Positions 15,865-28,528 of a stretch of DNA of 64,000 nt are shown one piece after another. Source of the stretch: Eledone cirrhosa. Taxonomy: Eukaryota. The stretch spans positions 10,540,001-10,604,000 of the forward strand of contig OZ024755.1 in NCBI GenBank assembly GCA_964016885.1, given 5' to 3'. Position numbers and translations under genes: made by a program. A model generated the notes under the pieces. The model worked only from the letters and a program-made list of their open reading frames with translations, had not been told where the DNA came from and made no database searches. Within the stretch, counting starts at the first letter, position 1, and every line of letters starts with the position of its first letter.

Positions 15865-16218
15865 TATAAAGAAAAAGGGATGAAATCGAAAATGCAACTG
15901 AAGTCTTATTTTTTTTTTAAATATATATATTTATTTGGTTCCTTTACCGGTTTCGCAGTTCTTCTGCTTTTCAAAAGGTGAGTTGAGATGGAGGGTCTGT
16001 GGTTTTTCTCACTGGTGAGAAAAACCACAGACCCTCCATCTCAACTCACCTTTTGAAAAGCAGAAGAACTGCGAAACCGGTAAAGGAACCAAATAAATAT
16101 ATATATTTTTTAAAAAAATAAGACTTCAGTTGCATTTTCGATTTCATCCCTTTTTCTTTATACTTCCACTCGTGTAGGACACCTCGGTTATTTTTCATTT
16201 TGTAAAAAAAAACCTCAC

Positions 16219-16225
<7 letters not shown>
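15865..16225. mobile_element. ORF-less Penelope-like pLTR relic forming a ~148-bp-arm palindrome (15865-16162) plus 3' tail, between (TA)n runs
   Basis: Near-perfect inverted repeat centred on ttctcac-tg-gtgagaa (16013-16014); each arm carries a hammerhead motif; second copy of the right arm at 54229-54428. Confidence 0.8.
16049..16086 (+). ncRNA. Minimal type I hammerhead ribozyme, U3-A8 core variant (mirror copy 15941-15978 on minus strand)
   Basis: cctt|ttgaaaa|gcag-aagaa-ctgc|gaaa|ccgg|ta|aagg: stem I cctt/aagg, stem II gcag/ctgc, GAAA, palindromic stem III accggt, GUA cleavage triplet. Confidence 0.8.
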
Positions 16226-16269
<44 letters not shown>

Positions 16270-16271
<2 letters not shown>

Positions 16272-16938
16272 GGACGTAAAATGAGAAAAATTAAAAATTA
16301 ACTTACTTACTAAAATTTTCACTCCAACTAATTAGTTTCTGTTAATTTTTTTTTTTATTTTTCTTATTTTACGTCTTTCATATTATTGTTCTGCATCCTC
16401 CTGCATTGAACCACCTAGGTACTATGACATAACTTATATATTTGCTAGCATTAGTGTACATATGTACGCATATGTTGGTAGATATACTAATTCTATATAT
16501 ATATATATATATATATATGTGTGGTTACACAAACGTTAGTTCACTATACCGAGAACAATTGTTTCACCTTAGCGGTTCTTTAGTTCAGATCCCCTGAGGT
16601 GAAACAATTGTTCTCGGTATGGTGAACTAACTGTTGTGTAACCACTTCTACCTAACTCGTCCCATGGACTGAGTGCTCTACCACTATGGATATTACCTTC
16701 CAGTGTTCTACCACTATATATATATATATATATGTAGAGAATTAGTACATCTACCAACATATGTGTACAGATGTACACTCATGCTAGCAAATATATAAGT
16801 TATGTCTTAGTAACTATGTGGTTCTATGCAGGTGAATGCAGAACAATTATATGAAAGACATAAAATAAGAAAATTAAAAAACAATAAAAATCAACTTACT
16901 TACTAAAATTTACTAAAATTTTCTTATTTTACGTCTTT
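16270..16938. mobile_element. Nested inverted-repeat structure, probably stacked PLE end relics
   Basis: Outer imperfect arms 16358-16494/16738-16874; inner arms 16521-16572/16594-16645; gaaacaattgt and (minus) gaaactaattag resemble hammerhead GAAA plus palindromic stem III. Confidence 0.6.
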
Positions 16939-18490
<1,552 letters not shown>

Positions 18491-19095
18491 GCACCAGTTG
18501 GTGCTACTGGTAACATGTATCCCAGTACAACCTGTCCCATGGTCGGGTCGTTGGCGACTAAACTGGCAACCCCACCAAGGTTTCTTGGTGAGGAGGGTGA
18601 CTTTGGACATCCTGCAGGACTAAAAACAAAACCTGTCAAAGGGCAAAGGAGCTCTTTAGAGTCAATGGCCATCCCAAATCACTGGGAGAGATGACCCCTT
18701 AGCCTTTGTCAAGGCAGAATTCTAGGAGAAGGAAAACTCTGATATAACACCTGCAACCCTGATGGTATCCAATGATGTTGACTTGTTCTTCTTTTTGGTA
18801 AATATTATCTTGGTTAAGAGAGTGGGACTGGCTTTGTGCAGTGCCTTTGCTCACTATAAAAGCTTCACGGCACAGGCATTGCTTTATATCTGGAGATCTC
18901 CCTGCACTTGTCGTCACATGGTACCATGGGCCCAGCACTATGTGTGTCAATAATTGTCACAAGTGTAGTGTTTGTACCAGAGTTTTCAAGTCACTGGCTG
19001 GACTAAAAAGTTACACTTGTTTAGCGCATCGGTAGGGGTTCTCCTACATGGATATAAAGTGGTGGCCGTACTCGAAAACGAGTTGGCAGCCACCA
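18491..19095 (+). mobile_element. Non-autonomous bipartite RTE-derived retroelement (~600 bp), copy 1
   Basis: RTE 5'UTR-type motif ctaggagaaggaaaactctga; RTE C-terminal C2H2-like remnant [16 protein letters not shown](Y/H)..H; 3' stem-loop ggtggc..actcg-aaaa-cgagt..gccacc; repeated at 34442, 35079 and 47718. Confidence 0.75.
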
Positions 19096-19109
19096 TATAT
19101 ATATGTATG

Positions 19110-19144
<35 letters not shown>

Positions 19145-20016
19145 ATATGTATATATGTATGTATATGTATATATGTATGTATATATGTATATATGTATGT
19201 ATGTGTATATATGTATGTATATATATATGTATATAATAATTATATTATATATATTATATATATGTATCGCATACGTCCAAATCTATAGACAATTCAAGTT
19301 CATTATCGGCACTCCTTCAAATTACACACTATGCTATTACCCATTCAGTTATGTAGGATAATATTTGAGACCCAAAACATTACAGGGAGACAATATTCAT
19401 GCTTATGTCATCATAATTATTGCTTAATCAAGGAGTTTTCCTAGATCAATATATCACATGTATAAAGAAATATTACAGTCATCATTCGAGTATGACATTG
19501 TAGTGTGTGATATGATTTCGTCAATAGTTTTGTGTGCCTGTGACCTTGTAGAACATAAATACGCTCCCCCACTCACTACCTTTATTCAGCGGCAAATAAA
19601 CCCGGCAACTAAAGACTACACGAACGCCGAAACGGTACTTTCTTTATCGGCTCCGAAACGACAAAGTGTATCTTGCCGGATATTGAACTCAGGGACATGG
19701 AACAAATATCTAAAACATTATAAACCATACCAAATCAACTGTTATACATTACATTCGTAGTAACTATTAATAAGTTATTTTGAAAATGTGTTGATATCAT
19801 CAACGGAATTTCAATAACCTATTCAAATAACTGATTATTAATAGGTGCATGTATCAACAACCGGGGAAAATAATATAGCATAATTACCCATGTAAATATA
19901 CGGGGTATATGTGGCATCCTATGTAAGTGCTGTATTTGTATATATGCAAGTGTTCGTATTATCACACATGTGTGCTAGTTGATATATTACAAACTACATA
20001 AAGTAAAGATGCATGC

Positions 20017-20069
<53 letters not shown>

Positions 20070-20661
20070 TAAACATGCATACAAAAATATATCTATAACT
20101 ATACATATATAGCTAGCGAAATAGAAACATATATATATGTATGGATATTATTTTCTGGGGAAATAATATCATATCTAATTAGCGTATACTTCAGGAAACA
20201 AAACATCTTACATTGTTCCATCATTGGCAATTCTAATCTGCTGACAAAAACATTCCATAGTAATATTCCTTTAGTTGATTCTGCGAACAATGAGCATATT
20301 TTCCAATACAGCAGTCTCAGGTATTTTTGCTACAGGTGTAATATAATAATATTTAACATAATTAGAGGTAAATATAAATAAATATTTTGTTCATACCTAA
20401 TCAGATGGCGCTCGTGACTCATGTTTCTTGTATACAAGCCATACACACATTCAAACTTCTATCTCTAAAGAGAAAAAATAAACCTTCAGTTCCATATGTA
20501 TGTATATATGCATGTGTATGTATATATATGTATGATATATATACATATATATATGTGTGTGTATGATATATATATATGTATATATATATATATGTATATA
20601 TATAATGTATATATATATATATTATATATATATGTATATATATAATGATATATATATATAT

Positions 20662-21088
20662 ATAATATAAGATCAAAAGATGGTTAAAGGAGTTCCATAT
20701 ATTTTATTATGCGCATTTCAAAAACAAACATCATCATGCAATAATATTTGTGTTTTCATCAGATAAAACAGGAGAACATGATATGAAGGCTAAAAAACAC
20801 TTGTGGATAGTGCAGTTTTAAATCAACATATCATGATATGTTGATTTAAAACTGCACTATCCACAAGTGTTTTTTAGCCTTCATATCATGTTCTCCTGTT
20901 TTATCTGATGAAAACACAAATATTATTGCATGATGATGTTTGTTTTTGAAATGCGCATAATAAAATATATGGAACTCCTTTAACCATCTTTTGATCTTAT
21001 ATTATGCATACTCCAGTCCTACAAACTGTAGAGTGCTTCTTATCCGATATCTGCATTGCTTTATTGTACTACAATAAAACTCACCTCC

Positions 21089-21092
<4 letters not shown>
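20662..21092. mobile_element. ORF-less PLE relic forming a perfect 172-bp-arm palindrome (20662-21005) plus 3' tail
   Basis: Exact inverted repeat with no spacer (axis 20833/20834, caacatatca|tgatatgttg); hammerhead in each arm; flanked by (TA)n. Confidence 0.8.
20899..20965 (+). ncRNA. Type I hammerhead ribozyme with long stem II (mirror copy 20702-20768 on minus strand)
   Basis: ttttat|ctgatga|aaacacaaatattatt..atgatgatgtttgttttt|gaaa|tgcgca|ta|ataaaa: stem I ttttat/ataaaa, canonical CUGAUGA and GAAA, palindromic stem III atgcgcat. Confidence 0.75.
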
Positions 21093-21122
<30 letters not shown>

Positions 21123-21123
21123 G

Positions 21124-21174
<51 letters not shown>

Positions 21175-21235
21175 ATGTATGATGTATATATATATAGATA
21201 TATATGTATGATGTATATATATATAGATATATATG

Positions 21236-21285
<50 letters not shown>

Positions 21286-22785
21286 GATGTATATATATAT
21301 ATATGTGTATATATATATATGATGTATATATATATAGGTGTGTGCCGACGTATCTTTTGTGAAACGTGATGTCATTGCACGAGAGGATGTTTAAATTATA
21401 CACTTTAAAATGATTTCTAATGTACAAGTTGTTTGTTCAATTTGATTGCCAGCGTCTCTGGGGGTGAATCATTGTTGATTATTCAAAGAATACCTTCCTA
21501 GGTGTGCATTTCTAACAGTGAACATAGTATATACATCTTGTGTAGAGACTTGATTCACGGTATCACAGTTAAACAGAGTTCCCTACTCAATAAAACTACA
21601 ATATTGGTAAAGGGCACTTAAGTCCTGATTGAACAGCAGGAGTATTCTCATGATTCATGGCATGTCATCCATATCCAGACCTAAACACCGATTTCTTCTC
21701 GAGAAAGTTTGAAAGAGAGAATGAGAGAGATGCAGCGAAAAGGATAGAACGAGAGAGAGAGAGAAGGGGGTTTGACCGTAGTACTGGTGATCACGAAAGT
21801 ATGAAAAACAAAGTTTGCCTCGATGGGATTTGAACCAGAAAAATACCGACATATTTCTCAATCCGGCGCCTAAGAACTCTTTCAATTTGCCGCAATAGAT
21901 ACAACTGATATAGAGTTGAATGGTTTGAAAACCAAAATATATTCTTGTGGAAAACTTATCTTGGTGACTGACAGTCGTCTATTTAGTTTCTTATCCGTTT
22001 AATCAAAGAGAAAAACACGCGTAATTAAATAGCCACTTAATAATCCAATAAGATTTATGAAATTAATAATTATTTGTACTGATCTATATTTAGAAACGTC
22101 ATATACAAGAATCCGGAGGCTTACTGTCCCTATTGTAAGTTTTTACCGTAATGGAAATAATTCAATATAGTTAGATAGATATCGTTTTACTTCGATATGT
22201 TCATGATTGCACGAGGTAGACAAGTCTCTGAGTTTGTCTCGGTTCTAGGTACGTTAAACAACTGATAAAAAACAAAGGCCACATATGATCCATACATGGT
22301 TAACAGCCTGTTATTTTTGGTATTCATTTTCAACTCAGTAAACTCGAGCAACTTGAAAGTGAAATGCAGTAGTCAAAAGCACAACGCGTCACCCGGTCTG
22401 ACAATCGCCCTCACAGCCATAGCCTTATCACCGTGAGTCAAACAGCCTAACCACAAAGCTACGTGTGTGTCCTCGCTTTTATTCCGTTTTTCTTCGGTAA
22501 TCAATGAATTAAACAAGCGAATGTTTTGAACCTCTCCTAATTTTCCCCAACAAACGACTTTATCTCATGCGTATAGAAGATGAAACCAATGCCAAAAGGG
22601 GTGCGTAGAAATTTCTAGAAGCATTATATCTATTCTGTTACAGCTGTTTCATATATTTCAGGCACTTATCACTGGGAGAAAGGATTGCCATAATTGCCAC
22701 ATAGCCGTATACTTCCACATCGATAAATGTACGATATTGTGTTTAAACAACCGAGAACACTTTATTATTGCATCAGTCATATTAG

Positions 22786-22990
22786 TGGCGGGTGAGCTGA
22801 ATAGTTAGAGAGTCGGAGAAAATACTTAGCTTATTGGTTCCGGTTGTGTATCTTTGGAGTTGAAATCGCACTGAGGTCAACATTGCCCCAATCCGCAATT
22901 GAGAAAATAATGTACCAGTAAATAACTGGGTCAATATAATCGACTTTCCACTCGCCATAAATTGCTGGCCTTGTGCTTTAGTTAGTATTA
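22786..22990 (+). mobile_element. tRNA-derived SINE (family A), diverged full-length copy
   Basis: ggcgggtgagctgaatagttagagagtcgga head, gagttgaaatcgcactgaggtcaac, gtaccagtaaataactggg, ttgctggccttgtgc tail. Confidence 0.7.
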
Positions 22991-23061
22991 ACTATTAAAT
23001 AAATCTTTTGTAAAGATTGATGTCGAAATACCACAAAGCATTCGGTTTTAGCAATTCTGGT

Positions 23062-23105
<44 letters not shown>

Positions 23106-24488
23106 GTATTAAATTAACATTAAAAATAAAAACAACAAAGTCAAGTTATTTTACCTATTCATATCATTATTTCACAATCGTTTCGGAGGGTCGATCATAT
23201 TCACATATTGTCTGATCTATAGCAATTATCAACTGTATATATCGGACCTCATATATATGTTCGATCAGACCGTCTTCCTCGGAAACAATTCACTGGATTA
23301 CTCGCCATCGGATTACATTGAGTTCTATCTACGGTACGGACCCTATCACCAAAGGTAGACCACAATGAAAAAAAAAAATATATATATATATATATTTATA
23401 TACAATGTGGTCTACCTTTTCTGCTAGAGTCTATACCGTAGTTAGAACTCAATGTAATTCGCTAGCAAGTAATTCAGTGAGATCCAGAGATAGGTTCCGC
23501 GTTTCGCTGAGTCAGTCCTTTCGATACAGATATATTAGATATTAGTTTAATAATGATAATAATAACGAGTTATTTTACATATTCATTTCATTGTTTGGTT
23601 TTACGATCGTTTCGGAAGATTGAACATATTGAGTATTCGTTCCAGCTTTCTACAGTTTGAGTTCAAATCCCGCCGAGGTAACTTTGCCTTTCAATCTTTC
23701 TGGATCAATAAAAAATGTACCAGTCCAATATTCTGATTGATCTTCCTATATCACTTTTTAACTTTTTCTTATTCTCTCTCTCCTTTCTTTGTCTGGATGA
23801 CATCGGCCGTATTCAGACTAGGAGAGGGATAAATTTAAACTGTCCTTGACACGGAATATGAGTTAAGACCCTTAAAACGGTAAGGTTTTGAAATTACCCG
23901 TATACTGATCAGTGTGAGAATATTTCCTGTCCGCCTCACATGTATTTTGTTAATTTTTTACTGGTGTTTGTTTTGCTAAGATACGAAAGCATGCCGGCAT
24001 TTAATCCTGGTTATGTTTGCTCGCCGTCATATTCATTCTAAGCAGTTAAGGCTATAGCACTAGTTTAAGATCTCTGTTGCATGGAACCGTTATATGATAT
24101 GTTAGAAGCATAATATTCGCAAAGCATGTTCATGCAAATGTACACACACATATACACATTTCTATGAAAGAATACGCATTTACGGGTGTTTATTATCTTT
24201 GACTTGTTATACATATGGAAGAATGGGAGTGATTTTGCAACTACATGAATGTGTGATGGATGGAAAGAGCATAGGTTAATCGTTTTAAAATAGAAGAAAG
24301 TGCCTGAGTTTGATACATAAAAAGGTAATTTTCTTTAACAGTTCATTTTAAACTTACTTTCAATGAAAGTGATTGTAGTGATTTAATAGCAGCTATCAAT
24401 TGTTCTTTGGTAGTAAAATGTGGAGAACGCGAGATGTATAATGATGATGGTCTTTCTGAAATACAATGTGTCTGTGTAAGCATTCACC

Positions 24489-24541
24489 ATATATATATAT
24501 ATATATATATACCCATGTATGTATGTATGTATATATGTTTG

Positions 24542-24580
<39 letters not shown>

Positions 24581-25133
24581 ATATATATACCTATGTATGT
24601 ATATATGTATGTATGTATGTATATATGTATGTATGTATATATGTATGTATGTATATATGTATGTATGTATATATGTATGTATGTATGTATGTATATATGT
24701 ATGTATGTATGTATATATGTATGTATATATGTATGTATGTATATATGTATGTATGTGTATGTATGTATATATGTATGTATGTATATATGTATGTATATAT
24801 ATATATATGTATGTGTATATATATATACCTATGTATGTATGTATATGTATGTATGTATATGTGTATGTATGTATGTATATGTATATGTATGTATGTATAT
24901 GTATGTATGTATATGTATGTATGTGTATATGTATATGTATGTATGTGTATATGTATATGTATGTATGTGTATATGTATATGTATGTATGTGTATATATAT
25001 ATGTATGTATGTGTATATATATATGTATGTATGTATATATATGTATGTATGTATATATATGTATGTATGTATATATATGTATGTATGTATATATATATAT
25101 GTATGTATATATATATGTATGTATATATATATG

Positions 25134-25165
<32 letters not shown>

Positions 25166-25169
25166 TATG

Positions 25170-25222
<53 letters not shown>

Positions 25223-25635
25223 GTATGTATATATATATATATGTATGTATATATATATATGTATGTATATATATATATGAATGTATATATATATATGTAT
25301 GTATATATATATATGTATGTATATATATATATGAATGTATATATATATATGTATGTATGTATATATATATATATGTATGTATATATATATATGTATGTAT
25401 ATGTATGTATATATACGTATGTGTGTATATATATGTATATATACGTATGTGTGTATATATATGTATGTATATGTGTGTATATATATGTATGTATATGTAT
25501 ATATACGTATGTATGTCTGTATATATATAAATATATATATATACCCGTATATATGACTGTATATATATATATATACATACCCGTATAGATATATGTATGT
25601 ATGTGTATATATATATGCAGGAATATATATATGCA
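24489..25635. repeat. (TATG)n/(TA)n microsatellite tract
   Basis: Directly visible. Confidence 0.98.
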
Positions 25636-26021
25636 CATAACTGCCTTTCAACATATTGCACGTATTATCTGCTTAATATAGCTATTCACCTTTGTGTAAT
25701 TGTGTGTAGGGTCTTAGTTTTTCTGTATCTCTTTGTTTGTGTGTATATATATATATATACATATACATGTTTGTGTGTGTGGATCAGTGTGTAGATGTAT
25801 GTGTATGTGTGGCTGCGTGTAAATGAAGGTGTATGCACATGAAATTGTATTTCCTTCTTTTATATAAAAGTAACTTTATTTCTTCTCATAGCTACTTCAA
25901 GAATCTTTCTAGATTATATATCTATACGTCTATATAATAGCAAGCCTCTCTCCTTCTAACACTCTCTCTCTATATATATATATATATATATTGTATATAT
26001 AATATATATATATATATATTG

Positions 26022-26052
<31 letters not shown>

Positions 26053-26129
26053 AGCAAGTATTGAACCAAGAAAAAAAAACAATATATATATATATATATA
26101 TAAGTATTGCACCAAGAAAAAAAAAAAAA

Positions 26130-26172
<43 letters not shown>

Positions 26173-26185
26173 TATATATATATAT

Positions 26186-26272
<87 letters not shown>

Positions 26273-26287
26273 TATATATATATATGT

Positions 26288-26337
<50 letters not shown>

Positions 26338-28348
26338 AAATATATACCCTCTCTATGTTTTCTGCGTGAATATGTGAGTGTCTGGATAAAGACCGAAATT
26401 GTAAGATATGATGAGGGGACACACTCTTACACATACACACACATACACACATATATATATATATATATATATGCGTGTGTGTGGATATTTGTATATGTGT
26501 GTGTTTGTGAATGATGGGGATTGGTGAAAGCGTAAGATAGAATTGAATTGCATATGGGCCATCACCCCTTTCTAATGGCCTATGATACTGCAACATATTT
26601 CATTCGTTATTCATATTCGTATTTCTTATTATTCCTAAAAATCTTCCTGCTACTTTTTTTTAAATGCCTTCTCCTGTAGTTGTTCTTATCGTCGCTGATG
26701 TCATTGTCTTTATTAATGTTGTTGTCGTTGTTTTTCTTTGTGAAAATATTATTGGTATGTTATGTGTGCATTTTCTGTTAATATCGCTTTCGCCTTTTAC
26801 GATGTTATTTATGCAGTTAGTTTATTGTTAGTGTTTTTACGATTTGCAGCTGTAGTTCCCATTTACAGCTCACATAAACCATCCAGTTCAATAAACGTTT
26901 CTATTCGGGATAGTCATTTTCCGTTAGTGTGGTAGGGATTATTGCGTGACTCGCTAACATATAAAGATAAGTACGCTAGATGTTACCTGTCATATGAAGG
27001 GTCACTTTTCGGAGCATACGTTTGTAACTATGGTAACAGTAGATAAATAGGTAAAAATGCATAACTATATATATATATGTATATATATATATACAGACAT
27101 ACACATACATATAAATACAGTCACACGCACACATACCTGTATATATACTTCATACAAACCGTCTAAGCTGAAGACATTTTACTTTGTTGTATGTGTACAT
27201 AAATGTGATTGTGTGTATCTCTGTGAGTATGTGTGTTCGTCAGCAAATGCTTTATCAATTCATCGTCTCTTTATTTCTCTATGTCGCTCATTCTTTTCCT
27301 GCCACTCCACTGAAATATATATATCATTACAATACATAATTTCTTGGAGTTACCATCTTTGGACTCCTTTGAAATACATCGAATAGTTCGCTGTTGAAAT
27401 AGACTTATGATCAAAAGACATTCAAGGCATCATACCAACATAATCCAGCAATAGTACCCCAGTACATACATTATTCGTGGAGGTCTATACTTTTAAAGAA
27501 ATGGGCTAATGTTTGCTATGATAGCGCTTCTATTTCTAGCTCGGCAATCAAATACAAAGAGGTTTAGTGGTGCAATAGTGAGATGCATGATTGTTCTCAG
27601 TAGCTGTGTGTTTCTACAGAAGATATCATTGCAGTGGAATTGATTTAGATTTTCATTTAACTTCATGGAACATACAATTATCGTAACATGCACACTCCTC
27701 TTAATAGTTGATCACCTAGGCGTAAAATACTGAGATTTTACGACGAATGAGGGAAATAGATTATCTGCAACACAAGTCGTTTTAATTTAGAATAATTATT
27801 ATCAAGGAAAATGATCGGAAACGAAGGAGAATGATTCCACCTGAGCTTCGAAAACGTGTGAAAATAAACGGTAGAGCAATATGGTGTCCAACATAATATT
27901 AGCAACACCCGTTTTCTCCCCCTCTACCTCACAACACCCACTGAGAGACTAATACTGAGAGTCATTGTACAATTCGAACGAATTAACATAAAATCGTTTA
28001 AAGTTCTTATCCGTTTGTTTCATCGTTTCTGCGTTTACAATATCGAGAATAAACAGAATTATTGCACATTATTGCAATTAAATTTACAATTTATTTATCA
28101 GATGCGAATTACTCATGATTACATAAACAAAAACATCAGACATGTATACACACACAGCACAAACACACCTCTGTGTGTGTGTATATATATATATATCAAG
28201 AATATTTTCGAAACAGCGAGTTGGTTTGAAATTATTAGAAATGTAATCTATCGCCGTATTTTGACTAAAGAAATTAAAGAAATTAAAGAAATTATTTAGC
28301 CTGATAGTGGGGTTAACAACCCTCGGAGAAATGGAAAAAGATGAGTAT

Positions 28349-28420
28349 TGACGTACATGGGAGTCGAACCCACATCTTTGGTTATCCGGACCACTGTGTA
28401 ACCATTTACACCAACACATC
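28349..28420 (-). pseudogene. tRNA-like cloverleaf (pseudo-tRNA or SINE head, possibly Ile-derived)
   Basis: GATGTGT-TG-GTGT-AAATGGTT-ACAC-A-GTGGT-CCGGATA-ACCAA-AGAT-GTGGG-TTCGACT-CCCAT-GTACGTC-A: A and B boxes and D and T arms present; acceptor stem has several G-U pairs; anticodon loop non-canonical. Confidence 0.6.
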
Positions 28421-28487
28421 ATATATATATATATGTGTGTGTGTATGCCTCTGTGTGTGTTACTATGTAAGTATGCCTCTGTGTATG

Positions 28488-28528
<41 letters not shown>

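Noticed and set aside
20194-20321. Possible internal exon (ag...gt, one open frame)
   Set aside because: Weak polypyrimidine tract, no recognisable peptide and no partner exons.
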